Assembly: GCA_963833425.1 (NCBI GenBank)
Contig: CAWHXP010000008.1
Location: 372,578-436,577, forward strand
Length of the DNA stretch: 64,000 nt
Reading direction: 5' to 3'
Origin: an uncultured Methanosarcinaceae archaeon
GTDB taxonomy: Archaea > Halobacteriota > Methanosarcinia > Methanosarcinales > Methanosarcinaceae
How positions within the stretch are numbered: position 1 is the first letter of the stretch; every line of letters starts with the position of its first letter. The translations under genes and the position numbers were made by a program. Below the pieces are notes generated by a model. The model was given only the letters and a program-made list of their open reading frames with translations, was not told the DNA's origin and did no database searches. Shown in pieces: positions 10,835 to 20,875 of the stretch.

Positions 10835-11773
10835 GTTGATATAAAGATGGGAATTGAATTTATATAAAGAAGTCTAAGAAAGCTGTAGTTAGATTGTAGT
10901 AGCTCTAAATGACTTCTAGTATTCGGTTACAATTCTGAGGCTCAATATCTCAAAAGAAAATGGTTTCATTTTTTGTAATCTCCTTTAGAGAATTCGATAT
11001 TTGAAGTTTTAAAGTAAAAATTAGGTATAGTTCCAACTAAAACTATTTTGTATTTTTTTGCTAATACTTTTGAGCCTAGATAGCCATTAACCGAAAGTTA
11101 AGTCTCTTATTTTTTTTTCATTAATTTTGTTAAATGATTCAGAGTAATTTTGCAGGAATATCGTACCAGCCTCAATTATGTCTTTGACTGCATATTTGAT
11201 AAAGGACAGTTCTATCATTTTTTTCAAGCTTCGTCTTGAATTGGTAAAACGATATAGAGGTGAAAGTCTAAGGAAAGGGTCAAGTTCCATTTATCCTTTG
11301 GAAATGTGACATCTTAAGCAATAAGACATTATGTCCAGAAATTAGGTAGGAAGCTGTAAGCGCAGTTTTAATCATGTAGATTAAAAATGTGGCCAAACAA
11401 AAATAAGGGATTTTTGAGTATGATAAACAGAGAGAGGAACAGTAGAATACTTACTTTCGGAGACGGATTACCGCAAGAATTTGGCTTAAAAAAATGAGAA
11501 TGTTATTGCTTTACAAGATTAATATATAAAAATCTAATAGTGAGCTTGAGTTGTTGTAAAAATATCAACAAAAAGACTACATACATTCTCCCAAATATGA
11601 TAGACTACTCGTTTTTTCGAAATCGTTAAATTACTCGTGGACCTGACCAAAATAGAAAGACTAGAAAAATATAAAAACTTGCTAATTATGCATCTTGTAT
11701 ATTTTCAATGTGAAACTTTATATAGATCCAGGTAATCTGTTTCAGAAATGTATTATTTAGGCCTGGGGTTCTT

Positions 11774-12142
11774 ATGACAAAAGTCGAAAAAGTATTATTG
11801 CTACTCAAAAATATGGTGTATGAAAGCACCAGCCCACAGGAAACTCTTAAATTTGCAAGATATTACAGGAGTAAGGGACTTAAAGTACTGGTCATCCTGT
11901 GGGGACCTATGGGAGTGTTACTTGCAAAGAGAGATAAATCAAGAGGCTCACCTAAGTACGATACCTCTGTTCAAGAATGCATAGATATGGGAGTGGAGTT
12001 TCGATGCTGTCAGCTTGCTTCTGATATGATCGGGCTTAAGAAGGAAGAACTAATCCCAGGAATTGAATTTATCTGTTCAAAAGATGTGGCTGACCTTTTT
12101 CTAGCATATACAGAGCAAAACCAACTAATTATTAATTTCTGA
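11774..12142 (+). CDS. DsrE-family protein
   Basis: Size, GVLLAK segment, GVEFRCCQLA and ELIPGIE typical of DsrE/F-like proteins. Confidence 0.7.
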   Translation: MTKVEKVLLLLKNMVYESTSPQETLKFARYYRSKGLKVLVILWGPMGVLLAKRDKSRGSPKYDTSVQECIDMGVEFRCCQLASDMIGLKKEELIPGIEFICSKDVADLFLAYTEQNQLIINF

Positions 12143-12182
12143 ATATGAGGAATTTAAAAAAAATTCCATAAAAATTGATGAT

Positions 12183-13095
12183 GTGAACTATCTTTCAGCT
12201 GAAGAGAAAGTGGATTCTTGATTCATTGCTTTCCCTTTTGAGAACAAGTTCCTAAGCATCTTCCCATCATTTCATAAGTTTCAGATTCCGATTGGATTTT
12301 TATCAATGATAGCGAATTTTTTGATGTTAATTGCAGCATTAATGTCTCTATCATATTTAGTATTGCAATCAGGACATTTCCAGTCTCCATCTTTAAGCGT
12401 TAGCTCAGAGTTGTGGTATCCACAAACATAGTAGTTATTAGACGATGGTTCAAATTTCTATATCTTAACAAGGATTTTTGCGGATCATTCGAATTTATAT
12501 TTTAATTTTGTCATAAAAGTGCCCCACCCAAATCTCCAATAGTCTGTGCTAAATGGTAATTTGTAATCACGTCCTTAACATTCAGAGTTTCAACAGCTAT
12601 TGCTTGATTCTAGCTAACAAGTTTAAAGGAGAGTTTATGTTGAAAATTAATTCTCTGATTTGACATTTTATCATGAAGCACCGCAATTTTTTGTTTGGCT
12701 TTTCTCCGTTTTTAGAACCGTCCTGTTTCGACTAATTTTTTAGAGCACTTGAGGTCTTTTCAAAGGTTTTTTTAAGTACTTGGGATTTTAACCTTTTCTC
12801 TAGTTGACATAACAGCAAAATCCTTTGTCCCAAGGTCTACTTCAATGTGGTAGATTCGTTTTCCAACTTCCACTAAAATGTTGCTATAGACTTTCCGTGC
12901 AAGAATTAGAAATTGTAACGATTTTTAATTCCACTTCAAGGAAGCTTAACAGTATTGTTTTCAAAATCTACATTGTAGCTTGTGGCATCGGGAATAACGG
13001 AATTGAATTCTTCTTTCATTTGAATTTAGGAAAGCTATTCTTTTCTCTAAAAAATCTAGTGAATGCAGATTCTATCTGCCAGATTACATCCTAAA
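12183..13095 (-). mobile_element. tnpB: IS200/IS605-family relic: tnpB pseudogene with right end
   Basis: Minus-strand fragments VDLGTKDFA, HKLSFKLV, AIAVETLNVK, CGYHNSELTLKDGDWKCPDCNTKYDRDINAAINIK with many stops and frameshifts; right end ...AGCTGAAAGATAGTTCAC. Confidence 0.85.
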
Positions 13096-13290
13096 TTTAT
13101 TTTAATCTACTTTTCCTAACCTCATACTTTACTTTCTAGATTCGGAATTAGTTCGTTCAAGTCAAACCTAGAAATTGATTTCCCGATTTGTTCAGATGTT
13201 TTTACTCTCTGATCAAGAACTCAATTACGGACTAAAACTACAACTACCAATATTGTTCAAGTTGGTTAGATTAATCAATTGTTGAATATA

Positions 13291-14423
13291 GAGGATTTCG
13301 ATAAACTTCGGATTTTATTTCTTAGCAGTAATTTCTCATATCTTCCCCTCAATTTCTCTATTTAATCCCTCTTTTTGGCTTTACTTATCCTCAATTCTTT
13401 GATTTTAAAGATAGCTTCCGCTATCTTCAATATACTTTTTTTATTTTCAATGTCCTCAATTGATGGAGATTATAACAAAAAGCCGTACACAACATTTTTA
13501 GATTTACTATTTTAACAGTAGTAACAAAAACTCTTCCTGCTTTGAAAATTTCTTTCGTTACTGAATAAACTCCTTCTACTGGAACTCTTTTTGAGCTAAT
13601 TCTCTTATTTCTTAATATATCCTTTATTCCCAGCGTATGTCCTTTGACCGCTCTTTTCATTGTTGCATTATACCCTTTCGTTTTTGCTCCAAAGTATCCT
13701 CTGTCCTTATAAACCACTTCATTTTCCTCTGTCAAATCTACATACGAATCATGTACTGACGCAGTTGTTGTTTGAATCTTCTGATCAGCTCATAATCTCT
13801 GTCTATTATATTATGAAGCTTATATCCAAAGTGAGACTTACCTCCCTTCTTTGTCCATGTTCCTTCTCTGCTTCTTCTTGTTTTTGCCTCATCTCTCTGC
13901 TTTTGCATGTCCTGGATCTGAATGGATAAAAGTAGCATCCTGAATCATTCCCTGCTTTATCTGTAAACCCAGAGCAGCAAGTTGGCTTTGCAACTTTCCC
14001 CATATTTTCTTTGAAATTCTCGATAATTTTCTCCCTAAATAGCCATACAGTAGTACTGTCAGATACGTATTCCAGAAATCCAAGGAATTTCCTAAAAGAA
14101 ATTCGATCTATACACTGTTTCTCAAGTTCAAAATCAGAGAGCCCATGCCATTGTTGTAAAACAAGCATTTTGAACATCACAATGACATCAGTTTCAGGTC
14201 TCCCTCATGAAACGGTTTTGTTAATACACATAGACTCAAGAATAATACGAAACGTTTTCCAATCAATTAAGGAAGCAATTTCAGCAAGCTTATCTCCAAC
14301 AGATTCAAGACGTTTATACTCTTCTTTAAGAGCAAAATCAATAAGAGTTTTCATGAATATAAATAAATATTTACAAATTTAAAGTCAACCATGCTCAAGA
14401 GAATGGAATTTATCTAAATTCTC
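13291..14423 (-). mobile_element. IS5-family insertion sequence, frameshifted transposase (copy 1)
   Basis: Terminal IR GAGGATTTCGATAAAC / ATTTATCTAAATTCTC, flanks TATA/TAGA; MFKMLVLQQWHGLSD, QDATFI, KSHFGYKLH and DRGYFG spread over several frames. Confidence 0.9.
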
Positions 14424-14470
14424 TAGATGAAAATTGAAAATAATTATTCGACTTACGGATCGGATTTACT

Positions 14471-14602
14471 TTATTTATTTAAAGCTGCTTTCTTATTGTT
14501 CCAAGCTTTGGAGTTTTGTGGGTTGATTTCAATTGCTTTGTCATACGCTTTTATTGCTTCATCGGATTTATATAAATTATCAAGAGCAAGTCCTTGATTA
14601 AC
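14471..14602 (-). pseudogene. TPR-protein fragment
   Basis: NQGLALDNLYKSDEAIKAYDKAIEINPQNSKAWNNK; upstream part of the ORF is not TPR-like. Confidence 0.65.
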
Positions 14603-15455
14603 TAAAGTCTGTGAATCTGTCAATCGCCTACGAGACTCAATATATGGGAAGTATAGAATAGGAATCTGTTCACGGAAAATAAAAGATTTTCTAACAACTA
14701 AAATCCAATCAGGATATAGAGTCGGGAATTTTAGTAATTTTAGAAAAGTTAAGAGAGACGCATTAACAACACTAAAAAATAGGCTTCCGGAAAACATTTT
14801 GTTGGATAAAAAAGATATGGACGGCGAAAATCCGAGTGGTACATAGTACGTAACCAAGATATAACCATGTTACGGACAATACGAAAAAAGTTATGTTGAA
14901 ATTATCTGGATCTCATAAAATTCAGTATATGCAAAGAAAACGATTACTATAAAAGAAGAAAGTATAGGCTTAAACAGATTGTACTTCTATGAATATATAT
15001 GATAGATGAATGTGATTAATAGTTAATATAAAATAAATTGTGTATTACTGTTAAAAATACCTATCCTGCTCACGAATTTTTTGGATCGTATGTAACTGGT
15101 TACGGACTGGTTACGTTTTCTGATGATGGTATATAAATAAAATTTGGAAATGCTTGAATTGTTATAAATATTAGACAGATTTGTAAAAATAATATATATC
15201 AAGAGCTTATAGGCTTTTGTATATACATCTTATAAGAATTAAATCGATAAATAAATATTATAAGGTGCTTATGACTAGTTTATAGAAGACTCGTGAAATC
15301 AATGATTCATTAAAATGTTCTATAGTAATGTAGTCATTTTTTTAGTAATAACATCTGAATAAACATTGGAAAGCTAAAAACATACAATGATCAATTAGTA
15401 AATTATTTATCCTTAATTAACTGGTAACTGAATTTTTAGTCGTGAGGAGATCAGA

Positions 15456-16040
15456 GTGAATTGGAATAAAGCATACATAGGCACACCACCATGGGACATC
15501 GGTCATTCCCAACCGGTTTTCGAAGCTCTTATAAATGACGGAGAAATTAAGCCTGGCCGAGCTCTGGATATCGGATGTGGCCGGGGTGATAATGCAATAA
15601 TGTTAGCCATAAATGGGTGCGATGTCGCAGGTATAGACATTGTTGAAGATGCTATCAAAGATGCAAAAGCAAAAGCCATAAAGCATCATGTTAAGGTGAA
15701 TTTTGTAGTCGGAAGTGTGTTACAGATGGACCGACTTTTCATGGAGGCTGAATTTGATTTCATTATAGATTCGGGTTTATTTGATGCGATGATGGACGAG
15801 GAAAGACCCGTTTTTGCACAGCAAGTCAGTAGAGTGCTAAAACCAGGCGGCAAATATTTCATGCTCTGTTTCTCTGAGAAAGAGTACAAAGTCTACGGGC
15901 TCAGGCGGATTTCAATAGCTGAAATAGAACTTACTTTCAAATCATTGTTTGACATTATTTATATAAAAGACTCAGCTTTCGATACGGGACTCGGACCGAG
16001 TAGCATTAAAGCCTACCTTATGTTGGCTATGAGAAATTAA
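15456..16040 (+). CDS. Class I SAM-dependent methyltransferase (TPMT/TehB-like)
   Basis: PPWDIG, LDIGCGRG, GIDI, FDFIIDSGLF, VLKPGG; GAGGAG SD before GTG. Confidence 0.88.
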   Translation: MNWNKAYIGTPPWDIGHSQPVFEALINDGEIKPGRALDIGCGRGDNAIMLAINGCDVAGIDIVEDAIKDAKAKAIKHHVKVNFVVGSVLQMDRLFMEAEFDFIIDSGLFDAMMDEERPVFAQQVSRVLKPGGKYFMLCFSEKEYKVYGLRRISIAEIELTFKSLFDIIYIKDSAFDTGLGPSSIKAYLMLAMRN

Positions 16041-16088
16041 TTAAATTAATCTTGATATTTGAAGCACTCTCTTTGAAGCTCCATCAAA

Positions 16089-16218
16089 GGGTGTGGTGCA
16101 AAAATTATATTTACGCAATTTGATACTATAATTATTGCTTTGTGTACCAGTTTCCCGATGATAAGAATAATTAACTTCCCTAATTGTAAAGATTTACACT
16201 GATTTTGCAAAAAAAACC
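16089..16218. mobile_element. ~130-bp MITE-like element (GGGTGTGGTGCAAAAA...TTTTGCAAAAAAAACC)
   Basis: Imperfect terminal IR; internal sequence recurs at about 59450-59554. Confidence 0.6.
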
Positions 16219-16398
16219 AAAAACCACAGTTATCTCAACAAACGAAAGCCCAAATGGAGTCGCTGAGCTTATCTTTTTCGCAGCTATATTGGCACACTGA
16301 GGTGAAGACCCTGGCAGCGTGACTCGCTGCCACCTGAAGAACCCTCTCTAGATATCTCCATCTTCCCGGGCACTACTATAGAAGGAGCTAATTATATA

Positions 16399-17625
16399 AT
16401 GTTTCCACTTAAAGTTCCACTTATATTTCAAAACACATCCTTAATACTCTTATTGGCTGCCCGTATATCAACCAGCATTGCTTTCCAAATATTAAGTGTT
16501 GCTGTAGGTTGGCAAATTTATTCACTTACTCAAATGCCTTTTTATCTTGGACTTGTTGGATTAGTCCAGTTTTTACCTATGTTTCTACTTACTCTTGTAG
16601 TCGGCTATGTGGCAGATCGTTATGATCGAAAGTGGATAATTTGTTTCAGTCAAATTGTAGAAAGCATAGGGATTTTCTTTCTTGCTTACGAAAGTCATAA
16701 CGGATGGATTACCAAAGAGGGAATCCTCGTTACTATCTTTTTTATAGGTATTGCCAATGCTTTTCAAGGCCCTTCAATGAAATCTTTGTTACCTAATGTT
16801 GTCAGCAAGGAACTTTTCCCAGAGGCTGCTGCTTTAGCAACCTCTACAGCTCAGTTTGCAATCATTCTAGGCCCAGCAATTGGAGGAGTCCTTTATGCAT
16901 TAAATCCCGGAGTTGCGTACTCTATAGCTGGTATATTGCCATTGGCGACAAGTGTAATTATTCTCTTCATTTCAATAAAGGAGGAGCAACAAAACTCTGA
17001 ACCACTGACCATAAATTCGATATTCGGGGGAATATCGTTCATTAAAAGCAAGCCTGTTATACTTGGGGCAATATCCCTTGATCTTTTTGCAGTATTATTT
17101 GGAGGTGCTCCAGCCTTATTACCTGTTTACGCTAGCAATATTTTAAAAATTGGACCTTTAGGTTTAGGATTGTTGCGTTCAGCACCTGCCATAGGTGCAT
17201 TGATACTATCCGTTATTTTGGCACTAAAGCCATTAAAGAGAAATGTAGGGCATATTATGTTTATTGCAGTAATATTTTTTGGAATATTTACCATAATTTT
17301 CGCTTTATCAAGTTCTTTTGTATTATCATTCACATCACTAGTGATGTTAGGAGCATCTGATGTGGTAAGTGTAGTCATCCGTTCAACATTGATACCAATG
17401 GAAACCCCAGATAATATGAGAGGTAGAGTAAATGCCGTAAATACAATGTTTATAGGTACATCAAATCAACTTGGCGAATTTGAGTCCGGATTAACTGCTT
17501 CCTTGTTTGGGGTTATACCTGCTGTATTGCTTGGTGGAATTGGTACAATAATCATTGCAATTCTATGGATGATGCTGTTCCCAGAACTTTTGCAACGGAA
17601 CCAAATTTCGGGAATAGTTCAGTAA
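16399..17625 (+). CDS. MFS transporter (bacterial-type, 12-TM efflux-like)
   Basis: Motif A GYVADRYDRK, AISLDLFAVLFGG, MRGRVNAVN-MFIG-SNQLGEFESG; AAGGAG SD. Confidence 0.92.
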   Translation: MFPLKVPLIFQNTSLILLLAARISTSIAFQILSVAVGWQIYSLTQMPFYLGLVGLVQFLPMFLLTLVVGYVADRYDRKWIICFSQIVESIGIFFLAYESHNGWITKEGILVTIFFIGIANAFQGPSMKSLLPNVVSKELFPEAAALATSTAQFAIILGPAIGGVLYALNPGVAYSIAGILPLATSVIILFISIKEEQQNSEPLTINSIFGGISFIKSKPVILGAISLDLFAVLFGGAPALLPVYASNILKIGPLGLGLLRSAPAIGALILSVILALKPLKRNVGHIMFIAVIFFGIFTIIFALSSSFVLSFTSLVMLGASDVVSVVIRSTLIPMETPDNMRGRVNAVNTMFIGTSNQLGEFESGLTASLFGVIPAVLLGGIGTIIIAILWMMLFPELLQRNQISGIVQ

Positions 17626-17814
17626 TATTAATACATTTTCCTCGGATATTTTGACTTTTGTTTATCATCCATATATTTACGTGCTTATTCTGATATTTTT
17701 GCAACGGAACTATCTACTGAGCTTAATTTCACTGATTATAGATCATTGATTTTACCCAAATCGAGTTATATTTATCTATGAAATCTCCATATTCATTGTT
17801 GTCGGTAAGGAAAC

Positions 17815-17945
17815 ACTGCAAATTCTAGAAGCAAAAATCGGAGCTGAACACCAAATGTTGCAACAACCCTAAACAACATAGCTGAAATCTATTGTCCAAT
17901 TGGAGATTACGAAAAAGCGCTCCCACTTTATCAAAGAATAGGAAA
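17815..17945 (+). pseudogene. TPR-protein remnant (kinesin-light-chain type repeat)
   Basis: Translation VATTLNNIAEIYCPIGDYEKALPLYQR. Confidence 0.6.
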
Positions 17946-18267
17946 AAAATTTTAATAACCCAACACATCATATACTTTTTCTGCTTCGTTGTTGCATAGA
18001 TTTTATAATAAAAACTGTGCATCGATGAAACCAAAAAACTGCAGAATATTTATCAATATGCTCACTAACGATGTGCCCTTTTAATCATACACAGCGTTCT
18101 TTTAAAACTTTTCAAGAATTTACAGTATAATTTTTCTTATCCGTTCAATCCTGTAAAATTTATATCGATATACTTATAATAAAATTAATATTCAATTGAT
18201 GTTTACTTTTAAAATATTTAAGCTGAAAGCATTTTTTAAAAATTGTTTTATAGTATGATTAATTTAA

Positions 18268-18355
18268 GAGGATTTCGATAAACCTCTAATTTCAACAAAT
18301 TGCATATATACCCTTATAAACTATCTAGTAAAAAGTGGGGTTTATCGAAATCGTC
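18268..18355. mobile_element. 88-bp MITE with IS5-type ends (copy 1)
   Basis: GAGGATTTCGATAAACC...GGTTTATCGAAATCGTC with TTAA target duplication; near-identical copy at 47801. Confidence 0.9.
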
Positions 18356-18665
18356 TTAAAATAAAGTAAGTGAATGTAGTATTAAAATGTGATACTTGTA
18401 GATAATTTCAATAACCAGTTAATTTCAATAAATTGCTTACATTTGATTCAAAACAATATGAATTCAGACCATCATATAGGGGCATATAACTATGTTGGAT
18501 GAAAGAAATCGGAAAAAACTGAGTTACTGAAGATGATAAAACTGCTAGAAATCAAATAAATATATTTTTCAATATAATTTTTTGAAAAGTGAAGCGTTAA
18601 ATACAACTTTGTTTTTGCAGTTGTTTTTCATTATTAGTATCTAAATAGATATCCTGAGCCTGAAA

Positions 18666-19560
18666 GTGAAAAAAACAACATATGACAAAGCAAATCGAAA
18701 ACTTGCCATCATAACGGTTTTAGGAATTACTGTGGTGATGCTTTTTGCGGTAATGGTTATCGAAGGCGCAGCTCAATCTCCATGTGATGATTCGATCAAC
18801 CAAGGACTCGGTCTAATGCAATCACACAATTATACTGAAGCACTAAAACTGTTTGACAAAGCAATTGAAGTTAATCCGCAGGATGCATATGCTTGGTGGC
18901 TTAAAGGAAATGCTCTAAGAAGATTAATGAGACCAAGTGACGCAATTGACGCGTATAACGCCGCAATTGTTCGTGATTCGAATGATTCAAAAGCTTTGAA
19001 CAAAGGAGTTGATTTGGCTTATTTAGATAGGCCAGATGAAGCACTAAAAGAATTTGACAAATCAATTGAAATTAACTCAACATCTTCAAATGCTTGGAAC
19101 AATCGTGGGTTTCTCTAAAAAATTTAGGCAAATACGATGAAGCACTAGCAGCATATAACAAATCAATTGAAATTAAATCAACAGCAGCAAAAACTTGGAC
19201 CAATAAGGGAATTGCTTTTTATAATTTAGGTAAATATGATGAAGCCTTAGCAGCATTTGAGAACGAAACTAGTATTGATCCGCGGTATCCAAACGCTTGG
19301 CACAATAAAGGACTTGCTCTAACTAAATTAAATAAACCCGATGAAGCAATAACAGCTTATCAAAAAGAAGCTGAAAGCCAGGTAATTGGTCCGATTGGGA
19401 ACAAGATGAAACTCCTCTTCCTTGCCCTCCTCCCTCTCTATCATTTATTAGGGAATGGTTTAATTTTGTGTCCCAAAACCCACTACTTACTGGTATTTTT
19501 CTTTTAGTGATTGGTGGCATTGGTACCCTTATTAGAAATTTCATCAAGAAAAAGCCTTAA
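18666..19560 (+). pseudogene. Secreted/membrane-anchored TPR protein, frameshifted
   Basis: Signal peptide and TPRs split over ORFs 18666-19118 and 19094-19507 (1-nt loss near 19108); second shift near 19430 before a TM tail. Confidence 0.8.
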
Positions 19561-19882
19561 ATCTCCTTGCATTCAATCATTTTTTTCTTTACTTAGTTAT
19601 TCTTCTATGATGTTTAAATTCGAATATTCCAAACTAAATTAGAATATATTTGTTATGCCTTATTAGCCCAATAAGGCAAAAAGTAATAGAAACATATCGT
19701 AATATGAATAAAGTAGTTATGAAAATTTGACGTAAACATATATTTTATAGCAAAAAACTATGCATCATTTAAATAGTGAATTATTATTTGGTAAATAATG
19801 TTTACTTCATGCATGTGAAGTGGCTTGAAAATCCAGTCTTAAAATCATATATGATTATCAAAAAATTAGAAGAGTAGGTATC

Positions 19883-20875
19883 ATGGGAATGCCAAATTTT
19901 GACAGAATACAAAATACAGTTTTCATTTTACTTGTTGTTTTTTTTGTAGTGTCAGTGACAGTTGCAGGTTGCTTTTCATTGCTACCAAGAGTTAAAAATG
20001 AATTCCCTGATATTGCTTATGCTACTAAATCAAAGACACAAAAACTTGATATATATTTGCCAAATGAAGAAAAAGGTCCTTTTCCTACGATTATAGCATT
20101 TCATGGTGGGGGATTTTATGAGGGCAACAAGAGTAGACAATATACAGCTTCTATGCTTCAGGGCTTAAATCATGGTTATGCAGTGGTAACTGTTGATTAT
20201 CGTTTGAGTGACGAAGCTAAATTCCCAGCAGCGATAAATGATGCAAAAGCAGCTATTCGTTTTATTAAAGTTAATGCTGCTAAATATGATTTAAATCCTA
20301 ATAAAATTGCTCTATGGGGCAGTTCAGCAGGTGGAAATCTTGCTGCCCTTGCAGGCACAACAGGTGGCACAAACAATTGCTATGATGCATCTCTTGGCAA
20401 TGCAAACGTTTTGGATAATGTAACAGCAGTAGTTGATTGGTACGGGCCCACAAATTTCTGTATTATGGATAAACAATTCACAGAAAGTAGACTTAGAGAG
20501 AAAATACAGGGGGTTCCCATTTATAATACCGAATGTTCTTTCCCATCTCGATATTTAAGGCAAAATATCTCAAAGGTACCGGACCTGTGTAGACAGGCAG
20601 ACCCTATGACTTATATAAATTCAAAGTGCCCCCCATTTTTAATTCAGCACGGCACCCTTGATCCACTAGTTCCAACGCAGCAATCTGTTGATCTTGCAGC
20701 TGCAATAACAAAAGAAATAGGAAAGGATAAAGTAACCCTTACATTACTTGATGGAGCAGGTCACGGGGGTGTACCCATTACTTTTCTTAATGGAACAGTC
20801 CATTATGGATACCCGTTCGGAACTGCTGAAAATATGGATAAGGTGTTCGCATTCCTAAATAAGTATATGAAATAA
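19883..20875 (+). CDS. Alpha/beta hydrolase (HSL/BD-FAE-like esterase), exported
   Basis: HGGG oxyanion motif, GSSAG nucleophile elbow, HGTLDPLVP, GAGHG; N-terminal hydrophobic segment ending VAGC. Confidence 0.9.
   Translation: MGMPNFDRIQNTVFILLVVFFVVSVTVAGCFSLLPRVKNEFPDIAYATKSKTQKLDIYLPNEEKGPFPTIIAFHGGGFYEGNKSRQYTASMLQGLNHGYAVVTVDYRLSDEAKFPAAINDAKAAIRFIKVNAAKYDLNPNKIALWGSSAGGNLAALAGTTGGTNNCYDASLGNANVLDNVTAVVDWYGPTNFCIMDKQFTESRLREKIQGVPIYNTECSFPSRYLRQNISKVPDLCRQADPMTYINSKCPPFLIQHGTLDPLVPTQQSVDLAAAITKEIGKDKVTLTLLDGAGHGGVPITFLNGTVHYGYPFGTAENMDKVFAFLNKYMK

Noticed and set aside
15063..15077. ATCCTGCTCACGAAT, resembling part of a Methanosarcina CRISPR repeat as recalled
   Set aside because: Single partial match with no repeat-spacer periodicity and no cas genes. 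No CRISPR array is seen in the window.
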